Shown in pieces: positions 50,023-59,533 of a DNA stretch of 64,000 bases (its first letter is position 1; each line of letters opens with the position of its first letter). The position numbers were made by a program, and so were the translations under genes. The stretch lies in NCBI GenBank assembly GCA_963749075.1, contig CAVVLJ010000017.1:320001-384000 (forward strand), in the 5' to 3' direction. The notes beneath the pieces are model-generated. The model saw only the letters and a program-made list of their open reading frames with translations, was not told where the DNA came from and did no database searches. The stretch is from an uncultured Pseudomonadota bacterium. GTDB taxonomy: Bacteria; Pseudomonadota; Alphaproteobacteria; JACZXZ01.

Positions 50023-50593
50023 GCGCGCGTAGCTTGCCGGCGATGCGCTCGCCCGGCGTGCCAGCATCGAACCCCGCGGCGAAGGCGCCTTGCGGGTCCA
50101 TGACGTAGATATAGGCGCTGTGGTCCATGAGGTAGTCGTCGGCGCCGGCTCCGGTCCTGCGGCGGACGTAGTAGACCCCGTATTCCTTGGCGACGGCGGC
50201 GAGCTGTTGCGGAGCGCCGATGAGGCCGACGATCCGCGGGTCGAAGGCGCGGACGTAGCTCGCCATCACCTTGGGCGTGTCGCGCTGGGGATCGACCGTG
50301 ATGAAGAGCACCTGCAGCTTTGCCGCTTCGGGCCCGAGCTTCGCGAGCGCCCGGGCGATCTCGCCGAGCGTGGTCGGGCAGGTGTCGGGACAGAAGGTAT
50401 AGCCGAAGTAAACGAGCAGCCATTTGCCGCGGTACGTCCGATCGGTGACGGTCGCGCCGCCGGCGGTCGTCAGCGTGAAGGGTCCACCGATGGTCACCGC
50501 CGCCGCGGCCGCCCGCGGCAGAGGCGGGCTCATCGCCATGAGAGCCAGCGCTGCCAGAACGGCCGGCAGCATGGAGAGGAGGCGCCGCCGCAC
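49988..50593 (-). CDS. SCO1/SenC copper chaperone
   Basis: GGPF.L, YFGYTFCPDTCP, TVDP.RD, DHSA..Y..DP.G. Start uncertain. Confidence 0.92.
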   Translation of the reverse strand: MRRRLLSMLPAVLAALALMAMSPPLPRAAAAAVTIGGPFTLTTAGGATVTDRTYRGKWLLVYFGYTFCPDTCPTTLGEIARALAKLGPEAAKLQVLFITVDPQRDTPKVMASYVRAFDPRIVGLIGAPQQLAAVAKEYGVYYVRRRTGAGADDYLMDHSAYIYVMDPQGAFAAGFDAGTPGERIAGKLRALMARPREERKP

Positions 50594-50774
50594 GAGAGCT
50601 CACTCCCCGGGTGCCGCGGCGGCCGGCGGGCGGCGGCCGCGAGCGCCGGCGCGGCAGCGCCGGCGGCACGGCGAAGCGAGCCCGCCCGGCACCAGTGCCA
50701 GTCGTCCGCTCTCGGCGATCATGGCTTCCGACCTTCCGGCGGCGGATTGGCCGCCGCCGCGGCGCCGTCCCCGC

Positions 50775-51992
50775 TCACGCGGCCTTGGGGATCATCAAGC
50801 GGCCCCAGACATCGGCGAGGGCTGCCACCAAGCTGTCGATATCGGCGTCGGAATGCAAGGGCGTCGGTGTGAGCCGCAGACGCTCGCTGCCGCGCGGCAC
50901 GGTGGGGAAATTGATCGGCTGCACGTAGATGCGGTGGCGCGCGAGGAGCTCGTCCGAGGCCTGCTTGCACAGCCGCGCGTCGCCCACGAGCACGGGCACG
51001 ACATGGCTCGGCGACGGCATCATCGGCAATCGCGCGTGGCGCAGCCGCGCTTTCAGCAAGGCGACGCGCTCCTGGTGGCGCTCGCGCACCGCCGGGGCGC
51101 CCTTGAGGAAGCGCAGGCTGGCAAGGGCGCCCGCAGCGATCGCCGGCGGCAGCGCCGTGGTAAAGATGAAGCCGGGTGCGAAGCTGCGCAGGAAGTCGAC
51201 GAGTGCCGCCGAGCCGGCGACATAGCCGCCCACCAGACCGAAGGCCTTGGCCAGCGTGCCCTGGATCAGGCTCAGCCGGTGCATCACGCCGTCCCGCTCG
51301 GCGACGCCCCCGCCGCGCGGGCCGTAGAGGCCGACGGCATGGACCTCGTCGAGATAGGTGAAGGCGCCGTAGCGCTCCGCCACGTCGCAAAGCTCGGCGA
51401 GGGGTGCGATGTCGCCGTCCATGGAATAGACCGACTCGAAGGCGACGAGCTTGGGCCGCTCCGGATCGGCGAGGGCCAGCCGGCGCGCGAGGTCCGCCGG
51501 ATCGTTGTGCGCGAAGATGTGCCGCTCGGCGCCGCTGTGCCGGATGCCTTCGATCATGGAGGCGTGATTGAGCGCGTCGGAATAGATGATGGCGCGCGGC
51601 ATCTGGCGGCCGAGGGTCGCCAGCGCCGCCTCGTTGGCGACGTAGCCCGAGGTGAAGAGGAGTGCCGCCGCCTTGCCGTGGAGATCGGCGAGCTCGCGCT
51701 CGAGGGCGACATGGTAGCGGGTGGTGCCGGAGATGTTGCGCGTGCCGCCGGCGCCGGCGCCGCTGAGGTCGATGGCCTCGCGCATGGCGGCCAGCACCTC
51801 CGGGTGCTGCCCCATGCCGAGATAGTCGTTCGAGCACCACACCGTCACCTCGGCGCCGAGGCGGTGCTCGAAGGCGTTGGGGAAGGCGCCCGCCCGCCGC
51901 TCGAGCTCGGCGAAGACGCGGTAGCGCCCCTCCCCTCTCAGCTCGGCGAGGCGCTCGGTGAAGAATGCCTCATAGTTCGGCTCTCGCCGCAT
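50775..51992 (-). CDS. hemA: 5-aminolevulinate synthase
   Basis: [51 protein letters not shown]. Confidence 0.95.
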   Translation of the reverse strand: MRREPNYEAFFTERLAELRGEGRYRVFAELERRAGAFPNAFEHRLGAEVTVWCSNDYLGMGQHPEVLAAMREAIDLSGAGAGGTRNISGTTRYHVALERELADLHGKAAALLFTSGYVANEAALATLGRQMPRAIIYSDALNHASMIEGIRHSGAERHIFAHNDPADLARRLALADPERPKLVAFESVYSMDGDIAPLAELCDVAERYGAFTYLDEVHAVGLYGPRGGGVAERDGVMHRLSLIQGTLAKAFGLVGGYVAGSAALVDFLRSFAPGFIFTTALPPAIAAGALASLRFLKGAPAVRERHQERVALLKARLRHARLPMMPSPSHVVPVLVGDARLCKQASDELLARHRIYVQPINFPTVPRGSERLRLTPTPLHSDADIDSLVAALADVWGRLMIPKAA

Positions 51993-52086
51993 CGGCCTCG
52001 ACCCAACTTCCGCGATTCCCCGAAGCGAAGCGCCGTCTCGGCGGCGGAGCGGCGGCGCGCCCCGCCGCCGCCCCGCGTAGCGCCGC

Positions 52087-52536
52087 CTAATATTGCCCGG
52101 TATCGAGCACCGAGCCCGAATTCGACCAGTAGATGTAGGTCTCGAGCGCCTTCATCGCCTCCGAGTCGGGAGTGATCTTCTCGCCCTGGTTTGGCTTCTC
52201 GATGCACCAGTTGATCATGTCCCGCAGCGTCGCGAAGGCGGCCATCTGGGATTGAAACTTCGGGAACGAGCCGGGATGGGTGTCGGAGGCCATGGGATGG
52301 CACATCGCGCAAGCCATCCCCGTCTTGCTGAGCGTCACCCCCATCGCCTTGGCGGTGGCGCCGTCGCCATGGAACAGAAGGTCGCCCTTCCTGACCTCGT
52401 CCATGAGGACATCGTTGTACGCCTTGAGCTGATCCGGCGTGACGGGCGTCTTATGGGCATCCGCAGAGCTGATCAACCCTACCGTCAGAACGGTTCCGAC
52501 GAGGAGGGCGCCGCGGACGAACTTTCGGCTTGTCAT
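52087..52536 (-). CDS. Exported monoheme cytochrome c, SoxA/TsdA-like domain
   Basis: Signal peptide, CAMCH, then [14 protein letters not shown]...DS.AMKAL.TY..W with an extra Cys at the TsdA/SoxA distal-ligand position. Confidence 0.8.
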   Translation of the reverse strand: MTSRKFVRGALLVGTVLTVGLISSADAHKTPVTPDQLKAYNDVLMDEVRKGDLLFHGDGATAKAMGVTLSKTGMACAMCHPMASDTHPGSFPKFQSQMAAFATLRDMINWCIEKPNQGEKITPDSEAMKALETYIYWSNSGSVLDTGQY

Positions 52537-52549
52537 GGCCAGTCCTCCC

Positions 52550-53689
52550 TCAGTCCTTGTATTGCCACATTTCGTCGGCGATGCGCGGATGCAGGATCTC
52601 GCGGTGGCTCAGCGAGGAGTCGGACATCGATTGAGCGTAGACCACCTTGCGGCCCCACATGACGTAGTCGTTCTCGACCTTGTCGGCGGCGCTGACGGTG
52701 AGCTTGTCCCAGCCGACGCCGTCGTAGATGTCGCCGGGATCGGCACGGATCATCGGCACGGTGAGCTTCGGCACGCCCTCCGGCGCATAGGGCCACGGCC
52801 ACGCGGTCGACAGCATGCCGATGCAGCGCATGTGCCCGATCTCGTTGTAGAGCACCTGGTGGGTATGGCCGTGGATGTTGGTGATGTTGGTGTAGGGCGC
52901 CAGCACCTCGTTGACCGGTCGCCAGTCGCGCACCCAGAAGTTCCAGCGCGGGTAGTACTCGTAGAGGGGGTTGTGCGTGAAGACGATCACCGGCTTGGCC
53001 TTGTCCCAGCCGGAGAGCGATTTCTGCAGGAAGTCGATCCCGTCGCTGCCGACCGCGGCCCAGGGACCGGCGACGTTGCCGTCGAGGGTCGCCATGTGAT
53101 CCATGCGCTCTTCCGGGCTCATCTTCCTGGCCGACCAGTAGTCCGGCGCGCGGCTGACGGTGTCGAGGCCGATGAAGCGTACGCCCTTGTGGTCGAAGGT
53201 CCAGCTCGGCTTGCCGTAGAGGTCGGTCCAGTGCTTGCCCATGTCGTAGTACCAGTCGTGCTCGCCCGGGATGAAGTGCTTCGGGGCCTTCACCTCCTTG
53301 AGGATATTGCTGCCGAGATCGAGCTCATCGGCGCGGCCGAGCTGGGCGATGTCGCCGCCGAAGACGAGGAAATCCGGCGCCGGTTTCATCTCCTGCACGT
53401 CCTTGACAGCGCGCACCGTCTTCTCGACGAAGCGCTCGTTGACCGCCTTGACATAGAGGTGCGTGTCGGAAATCCAGGCGAAGCTGAAAGGCTCCGTCGC
53501 GGCGTGGGCGACGCTGATGGTGTTGACGAGGGGGAACCAGCCCACGCTCGCCGCCCCGGCGGCCACGCCGGTGGCGATCGATTTGTGCAGGAACGTGCGG
53601 CGGCTGAGATGGAGCGACGGGTCGGGCCGCGCGCCGAGTTTGTTCAAGGTGCGGTGCATCTCACGTCGTTCGCGGTCAAGCTCGGACAT
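52550..53689 (-). CDS. Tat-exported calcineurin-like metallophosphoesterase
   Basis: SRRTFL..AHA signal; SDTH, GGD, GEHD, THNP, HGHTH. Confidence 0.9.
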   Translation of the reverse strand: MSELDRERREMHRTLNKLGARPDPSLHLSRRTFLHKSIATGVAAGAASVGWFPLVNTISVAHAATEPFSFAWISDTHLYVKAVNERFVEKTVRAVKDVQEMKPAPDFLVFGGDIAQLGRADELDLGSNILKEVKAPKHFIPGEHDWYYDMGKHWTDLYGKPSWTFDHKGVRFIGLDTVSRAPDYWSARKMSPEERMDHMATLDGNVAGPWAAVGSDGIDFLQKSLSGWDKAKPVIVFTHNPLYEYYPRWNFWVRDWRPVNEVLAPYTNITNIHGHTHQVLYNEIGHMRCIGMLSTAWPWPYAPEGVPKLTVPMIRADPGDIYDGVGWDKLTVSAADKVENDYVMWGRKVVYAQSMSDSSLSHREILHPRIADEMWQYKD

Positions 53690-53768
53690 GGCGTGCCTCC
53701 CTTTCTTGGTCGTCACAAAACATTGCGCACTCGCCCAAGGCGGCGAACGGCCGAGCGGGCCGTCTCGC

Positions 53769-54491
53769 CTACTTGGGCGCCTTCAGCTCGATGGCGAGTT
53801 CCACAGGCTTGCCCGCGGCAACCGTGACCGGCTGCTCCATCTCGCCCGTATAGGGCTGCCAGGTCACGAGGGTGTAGTTGCCCGGCGGCACGTCCGCGAT
53901 CGTGAACTTGCCGTCGGCGCCGGTGATGGCGTAGTAGGGATTGTCCACGACATAGATCCAGCCCAGCATCCAGCCGTGGGCGTCGCAATCCACGCGCACC
54001 TCGCCGGGCCGCGTCAGGTCCGTCTCGATGCGCTGGCCCTTGTTCGGCAAGGCCATGTTGAAGGCGGTGCGCTTGCCGTAGTAGCCGTGGGTGTTGTGCA
54101 GCACCGGATCGTCGTTGACGACCACGAGCGGTCCCGCGGGGATGACCTGGACATCGGGCACGAAGCGGCATTTCACGTTGTCGAGCTCGGGCTTCTTGCC
54201 GGGCGCCGGCCAAGCCTTGCCCTTGGCCACCTCCTTGAGGAAGACGACCGCGTTCGCGACGGCGTGGTCGGCGTCCACGTCGATCAGCGGATCCTCGCGG
54301 ATGCCGCCGCAGACCTCGACATCCTTGGTCGGAATGATCTTCCGCGTCGGTACGGTGCCGTTGTAGGTGATCTTGCCCGAGATGGTGCCGCCGCCGGTAA
54401 CCGTGCCCGCCTCATAGGCTTGCGCGGGGACGCTCAAGAATGCCGCGAGGGCGAGCGCAAGAAAAACGGCAAACGGATTGATAGTCTTCAT
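53769..54491 (-). CDS. Exported cupredoxin-like protein with a carboxypeptidase-regulatory-like C-terminal domain
   Basis: Signal peptide (AQA); C.F.P, HNTH and CDAHGWM (putative type-1 Cu ligands); TGADGKFTI.DVPPG.Y. Confidence 0.78.
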   Translation of the reverse strand: MKTINPFAVFLALALAAFLSVPAQAYEAGTVTGGGTISGKITYNGTVPTRKIIPTKDVEVCGGIREDPLIDVDADHAVANAVVFLKEVAKGKAWPAPGKKPELDNVKCRFVPDVQVIPAGPLVVVNDDPVLHNTHGYYGKRTAFNMALPNKGQRIETDLTRPGEVRVDCDAHGWMLGWIYVVDNPYYAITGADGKFTIADVPPGNYTLVTWQPYTGEMEQPVTVAAGKPVELAIELKAPK

Positions 54492-54568
54492 CGCTACGGC
54501 TCGCCCTCCCAAAGCTTTCCGGCCATTATTGCGTCCGGCGTGCCGCCGGCGGCCTTTTCACGAGGCGT

Positions 54569-54629
54569 CGAGAGCAAGGGTGGCATGGAAGCCGCCCGGA
54601 AATCTTTGGCGAATTCCTGAAATCTTCTG
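54569..54629 (-). promoter_or_regulatory. Copy A of the 61-bp inverted duplication (faces the leftward operon)
   Basis: Reverse complement is 51/61 identical, ungapped, to 54801-54861. Confidence 0.8.
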
Positions 54630-54800
54630 GTTTGACCTGATGCGGCCGCGCGCGGCTCTCGCCATTGCGCGGCGCGCGTGATGCGGCGGCGGGTCATGGT
54701 CGGCATCAGCCCATTGCGCAGGCGCCTACGGACGAGAGGTGCCCGCGGCCAGCGCCGCGTGCTCCGGCGCGGGCTGCGCCGGCCCCCACTCAGCTCATTT

Positions 54801-54861
54801 CAGAAAATTCCAGGAATTCGCCAAAGATTTCCGCGTGGGTTTCGTGCAACGCTGGCTCTCG
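54801..54861 (+). promoter_or_regulatory. Copy B of the 61-bp inverted duplication (faces the rightward operon)
   Basis: CAGAAAATTCCAGGAATTCGCCAAAGATTTCCG core, 31/33 identical to copy A. Confidence 0.8.
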
Positions 54862-54935
54862 CGCGCACCGAATAGAGCAAGAATAGCGCGCAGCAACCGG
54901 CTGGGCTGGGAAGCCGAGGGGAGGAGGGGCGCACC

Positions 54936-56390
54936 ATGGCCGAAGCAGTGCATGGGGCGGAACCGCTGCACGGCAAGTTCGCCGGCATCGATCTCGATGA
55001 GCTGGTCGATTGGCGGCTCGTAAGAACTTGGCTCTATTTCGGCATGTTTTGGCTGATGGTGACGCCCTCGGTCGGCGTGACGCTCTCGGGCATCTTCGAC
55101 TATCCCGATTATCTCGGCCATGCGCTGGGCCTGACCTTCGGGCGGCTGCGGCCGGTGCACGTCAACGGCGTCATCTTCGGCGCCTTTTCCAGCCTGTTCA
55201 TCGGGGAGTGCTATTACCTGGTGCCGCGCCTGTGCGGCGTGCGCGTCGCCTGGGGCGAATGGGGCATTCCGCTCGCCTGGGTGTGGAACCTGGCGCTCCT
55301 GGCCGGCCTTACCTCGCTGCCCTTGGGCGATAACCACGGGCTTGAGGCGGGCGAGCTCCCCCTCCTCGCCGAGATCCCGATCTTCATCGTAACCGCGGCC
55401 GCGACCGCGCAGTTCATCGTCACCATTTCGCGGCGCCTCGAGCCGGCGCTTTACGTGGCGCTTTGGTACCTGATCGGCGCTTTCATATGGACCACGTTGA
55501 ACCTCATCCTGGGCGCCTTCATCCTGCCCTACACCATCTCGGGCGTCAACAGCGCCGCCTTCCACGGGCTCTACATCCACTACATCGTCGGCCTATGGAT
55601 CACGCCGGCGGGCTACGTCATCATCTATTATTTCCTCCCGCTCAGCGTGCGCAATCCGCTCTATGCCCACAAGCTCTCCATGGTCGGTTTCTGGTCGCTC
55701 GCGCTGTTCTATCCCTTCGTCGGCATCCACCACTATCTCTACAGCCCGATCGCCGATTGGGCCGAGACGATCGCCATCGTCTGCTCGATGCTGCTGATCA
55801 TCCCGGTGTGGACGGTGCTGGTGAACTTCTTCGGTACCGTGAAGGGCCGCTGGGCGCACTTCGGCAAGAACCTCCCGGCCAAGTTCCTGATCATGGGCTC
55901 CATCATGTATCTTGCCGGCTGCTTCCAGGGCTCGACCGAGGCGTTGCGCTCGATCCAGCAGCCAACCCATTTCACCGACTTCGTCATCTCCCATTCGCAC
56001 CTCACCGTGTTCGGCACCTTCGTGGTGTGGTCGATCGGCGGCCTCGTCTATCTCTGGCCGCGCGTCTGGGGCCGCGAGCTGTGGTCCTTCACGCTCGGTA
56101 ACTATTCCTTCTGGCTCATCACCGTCGGCATCTCCACCATGGGCCTGGTGCTGACGGCGGGAGGCCTGCAGCAGGGCTACGAGTGGATGAGCGGCACCAA
56201 CTGGCTCGACACGGTGGTGCACATGCGGCCCTTCTGGTTCGCGCGCACCCTCGCCGGGATCAGCATGGACATCGGCATGTCGCTGCTCGTCATCAACCTG
56301 ATGATGACGGCGATCACCAGTCCCGCCGCGGAGAGGCAGCCGCACGTGCGCGGCAGCGCCCCGCTGCCAGCCGGGGGGGCCGCGGAATGA
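54936..56390 (+). CDS. ccoN: Divergent cbb3-type (C-family) heme-copper oxidase subunit I
   Basis: FGRLRPVH.N, E..E Ca-site, six His ligands (PVH, YIH, IHH, HSH), helix-VII Tyr (FYPF), HFTD. Confidence 0.88.
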   Translation: MAEAVHGAEPLHGKFAGIDLDELVDWRLVRTWLYFGMFWLMVTPSVGVTLSGIFDYPDYLGHALGLTFGRLRPVHVNGVIFGAFSSLFIGECYYLVPRLCGVRVAWGEWGIPLAWVWNLALLAGLTSLPLGDNHGLEAGELPLLAEIPIFIVTAAATAQFIVTISRRLEPALYVALWYLIGAFIWTTLNLILGAFILPYTISGVNSAAFHGLYIHYIVGLWITPAGYVIIYYFLPLSVRNPLYAHKLSMVGFWSLALFYPFVGIHHYLYSPIADWAETIAIVCSMLLIIPVWTVLVNFFGTVKGRWAHFGKNLPAKFLIMGSIMYLAGCFQGSTEALRSIQQPTHFTDFVISHSHLTVFGTFVVWSIGGLVYLWPRVWGRELWSFTLGNYSFWLITVGISTMGLVLTAGGLQQGYEWMSGTNWLDTVVHMRPFWFARTLAGISMDIGMSLLVINLMMTAITSPAAERQPHVRGSAPLPAGGAAE

Positions 56391-58090
56391 ACGCTCGCAT
56401 CGTAGCGCTGCTCGCCGGCGTCTTCTTCTTCTTCCTCGCCGTCGTCACGCAAGGGGTGCTGCCCTTCCTCGAGCCGTCGGCACGCACCAATCTGGTGACG
56501 GCGGTGGTCCGCACCGACCTCGGTCAGCTCAAATGGATGGTGACGGCGGCCACCGATTACACCCCGCTCCAGCAGCGCGGCCGCGACGTGTATCTCAGGG
56601 AGGGCTGCTGGTACTGTCACTCCCAATACGTGCGCCCGGTGACCGGCGAGACGCGGCGCTGGGGGCCGGTGAGCGAGGCCGGCGAATACGCCTACGACGT
56701 GCCGCACCTCTTCGGCACGCGGCGCATCGGGCCCGACCTCACGCGGGTCGGCCTCAAATACGGCGACGAGTGGCATTTCGCCCACTTCTGGAATCCGCGC
56801 ATGCTGTCGCCGGATTCGATCATGGCGTCCTATCGCGATCTCTTCGACCTGCCGAGCCGGCCGGTCAAGATCGTCGATGACGGCCAGGGCGGCCGCACCC
56901 TCGAGCAGACCGCGGTCACCAAGAAGCTCTTCGACTTCGCGAGCAAGGACCAGATCAAGCTCACGCCGAATGCCGAGGGCCTGCTCTTCGTCCCCAAGGC
57001 GGCGGCGGGCAAGTTCCCGCTGATCTGGACGCCCAACAAGGAATATACCGGCGCCACGGTCACCCTTGCCGTGGAGAGCGACGATCTCGAGGGCCTCATC
57101 GCCTACGTCCAGAAGCTCGGCATGAACCGCGGCAAGTGGCGTGATCGCTTCGAGCCGCAGGAGCTCGAGTCCTCGGGGGCGGCCCTGCCGGCCTCGGAGG
57201 AATGGATCGCCTACGGCAAGGAGGTCTACGAGCGGCATTGCGTCGGCTGCCACGGCGACAAGGGCGACGGCAACGGGACCGCCGCGACCTTCATGTACAA
57301 TCAGCGGCCGCGCAACTTCACGCTCGGCGTCTTCAAGTTCCGCCTCACCCAGAAGCCCGTCCCGACCGACGGCGACCTGCTGCGGACGATCACGCGCGGC
57401 GTGCGCGGCACGGCGATGCCGCCCTGGTATAGCCTGCCGCTCAACGACCGTCTCGCCGTCATTCAGTACATCAAGTACGTTCTCGCGGTGGACCGTTCCG
57501 ACCCGAAGAAGCCTTATGCCTATTTCGTCGAGGAGCCGCCGGGTCAGCCGCTCTATATCCCCAACCCCCCGCCGCCCTCGCAGCAAATGGTCGCGCACGG
57601 CCACGACGTCTGGCAGAACGCCAAGTGCTGGGAGTGCCATGGCACGGCCGGCATGGGCGATGGCGAGAAGGCCGCCGGCTTGAAGGACGATTTCGGCTTC
57701 CCGATCCGGCCCGCCAATCTCACCACGGGCCAGTTCAAGTCGGGGCCGAGGGTGGAGGACATCTTCAGGACGATCAGCACCGGCTTGAGCGGCTCGCCGA
57801 TGCCATCGTTCCGGGATTCGGAGCCGGAGGCGGACCGCTGGGCGCTCGCCTACTACATCCTGTCGCTCTCCGCCTACAAGGATCCGCTCACCGCCAAGCC
57901 GCTCGAGCTGCCCGCGGCGGTGCGCACGGCGCTCGACGATCCCAAGCTCGAGGCGCCGACCCCCGAGCGGGCCTATGTGCCGCCCGGCGTCTCGATGGAG
58001 CGCGTGACGGAGGCGGGCGTCTCCATCGCCCCTGGCGAGACGGTGGAAGTGCGCAAGGAGGCGAGCGCGGGCACTAGCGGGAAGGATTGA
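56387..58090 (+). CDS. CcoO-like subunit fused to two further cytochrome c domains (triheme)
   Basis: GR.VY.REGCWYCHSQ.VRP, GTRRIGPDL.RVG, then CVGCH..TAMP and CWECH..SPMP. Confidence 0.9.
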   Translation: MNARIVALLAGVFFFFLAVVTQGVLPFLEPSARTNLVTAVVRTDLGQLKWMVTAATDYTPLQQRGRDVYLREGCWYCHSQYVRPVTGETRRWGPVSEAGEYAYDVPHLFGTRRIGPDLTRVGLKYGDEWHFAHFWNPRMLSPDSIMASYRDLFDLPSRPVKIVDDGQGGRTLEQTAVTKKLFDFASKDQIKLTPNAEGLLFVPKAAAGKFPLIWTPNKEYTGATVTLAVESDDLEGLIAYVQKLGMNRGKWRDRFEPQELESSGAALPASEEWIAYGKEVYERHCVGCHGDKGDGNGTAATFMYNQRPRNFTLGVFKFRLTQKPVPTDGDLLRTITRGVRGTAMPPWYSLPLNDRLAVIQYIKYVLAVDRSDPKKPYAYFVEEPPGQPLYIPNPPPPSQQMVAHGHDVWQNAKCWECHGTAGMGDGEKAAGLKDDFGFPIRPANLTTGQFKSGPRVEDIFRTISTGLSGSPMPSFRDSEPEADRWALAYYILSLSAYKDPLTAKPLELPAAVRTALDDPKLEAPTPERAYVPPGVSMERVTEAGVSIAPGETVEVRKEASAGTSGKD

Positions 58091-58094
58091 CGCC

Positions 58095-58283
58095 ATGCCG
58101 GAGTTCGAGGTCGCAGGTCCCTATGTCACCGCCCTGATGATGAGCATCGGCGCCGTGTGCGTCTTCATCTGGGGCGTGTTATCGGGCGCTTTCAACGCGT
58201 CGGACGAACCGTCCAAGAGGTTCTATCAGTCGGAGGTCGGAGATGACGGAGTCGGAGAGGGACACGATGTCCCCGGTGAATGA
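58095..58283 (+). CDS. CcoS-like small membrane protein
   Basis: One TM segment followed by FIWGVLSGAF..DEP (cf. F.WA..SGQFDD). Confidence 0.65.
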   Translation: MPEFEVAGPYVTALMMSIGAVCVFIWGVLSGAFNASDEPSKRFYQSEVGDDGVGEGHDVPGE

Positions 58284-58446
58284 GGAGACCCACGAGGAGC
58301 TGGAGGAGTATGCCGGCGGTTACATCAAGGCACGGCACGGGTACATCCCCGCGTGGCTGCTCGTCGTCTACGCGGCCCTGTTCGTCTGGGCGCTCTATTA
58401 CCTCTTCGTCTATTGGGGCGGCGTCGGACCGGGGCGGGTGTTCTAG
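58243..58446 (+). CDS. Small membrane protein resembling the CcoP N-terminal anchor
   Basis: EYAGGYI....IPAWL..VY..LFVWALYY; GGAGG RBS; no heme motif. Confidence 0.55.
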   Translation: MTESERDTMSPVNEETHEELEEYAGGYIKARHGYIPAWLLVVYAALFVWALYYLFVYWGGVGPGRVF

Positions 58447-58510
58447 AGCCGCCGGGTAGGGTGGCGCGCGGGTGCGGCCGGCCAAATGGCCGCGGAAGGG
58501 GAGACGAGAG

Positions 58511-58609
58511 ATGCTGATGCCTAAGATCATCATAGCGGTCGCGTGCGCGAACCTGCTGTTCCTGTTCTCTGAGCTCACCATGAACGTGGTCCGGGCCTTT
58601 ATCGGCTGA
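58511..58609 (+). CDS. 32-aa hydrophobic microprotein (not in ORF track)
   Basis: MLMPKIIIAVACANLLFLFSELTMNVVRAFIG*; purine-rich RBS. Confidence 0.45.
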   Translation: MLMPKIIIAVACANLLFLFSELTMNVVRAFIG

Positions 58610-58620
58610 GGAGAGCAAGC

Positions 58621-58746
58621 ATGGTTGCGCATACCCTTTTCTCGCTGAGCACTGCGAGCCCGGAGCAGGCCGTGGCCTTCATCGGGTTCTCGCTCTTCAC
58701 CATCGGCTTCTTCGTCTGGGTGGCTTGGCTCTCGCGCAAGAAATAG
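58621..58746 (+). CDS. 41-aa single-TM protein, CcoQ-like (not in ORF track)
   Basis: MVAHTLFSLSTASPEQAVAFIGFSLFTIGFFVWVAWLSRKK*; GAGGAG RBS. Confidence 0.55.
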   Translation: MVAHTLFSLSTASPEQAVAFIGFSLFTIGFFVWVAWLSRKK

Positions 58747-58804
58747 CGCCGTCCTTGCAGCGCCGCAGGCGGCGGGCGGCCGAACGCGGGCGGGCCATGC
58801 GGTG

Positions 58805-59533
58805 ATGGACTACTATCTGCTGCTCTTTGCCGCCGGCTTCGCCGGCAGCTTCCATTGCGTCGGCATGTGCGGCGGCTTCGCCTGCGCGCTCGGACGCGAC
58901 CCGCGCGGACATCCGGCGAGCGTTCTGCGCCACCTGCTCTACAACAGCGGCCGGGTCACGACCTACTGCTTCCTCGGCGCCCTCGCGGGTACGCTCGGGC
59001 AGGCGCTGTGCACGCCGAGGGGCTTGACCACGACGCCGCTCCTCGCCGGCTCGCTCGACGCCGGCCAGCGCATCCTCGCCGTGGTCGCGGGGCTGCTGAT
59101 GGTCGCCATGGCGCTGCAGTTCTTCGGTCTGCTGCAGGGACTGCACCGCGTGACCACGGGCTTCGGCGGCAGCACGCTCGCCGGCTCCCTGCGCAGCCTG
59201 CTCGCCGGGCGCGGGCACGGGGCGCCGCTCGCGTTCGGGGTCATCAACGGCTTCCTCCCCTGCCCGCTGGTCTACGCCTTCACCGCCCAGGCGGCGAGCA
59301 CCGCGAGCGCGCTCCCCGGCGTCCTCACCATGGCGGCCTTCGGCCTCGGCACCTTCCCGGCCATGCTGGCGATGGGCGGCATCGGCCGGCTAATGGGTCC
59401 CGTGTGGCGCCGCCGCGGCGTCTGGCTTGCCGGCGGCTTCATCCTGCTCCTCGGCCTCGTCACGCTCGGCCGCGGCATCCTGCCCATGGCCGGCCATGGT
59501 GGGCACCTCTGGCACGGCGGGCATCTCGCATGA
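58805..59533 (+). CDS. DsbD_2/TauE-like cbb3 maturation membrane protein
   Basis: GSFHCVGMCGG, YN.GR..TY, GFLPCPLVY, FGLGT.P. Confidence 0.88.
   Translation: MDYYLLLFAAGFAGSFHCVGMCGGFACALGRDPRGHPASVLRHLLYNSGRVTTYCFLGALAGTLGQALCTPRGLTTTPLLAGSLDAGQRILAVVAGLLMVAMALQFFGLLQGLHRVTTGFGGSTLAGSLRSLLAGRGHGAPLAFGVINGFLPCPLVYAFTAQAASTASALPGVLTMAAFGLGTFPAMLAMGGIGRLMGPVWRRRGVWLAGGFILLLGLVTLGRGILPMAGHGGHLWHGGHLA

Noticed and set aside
54936-56390. Nitric oxide reductase (NorB) call
   Set aside because: It lacks the HLWVEG Glu motif, keeps the helix-VII Tyr, and is followed by a CcoO-type subunit and Cu-delivery genes.
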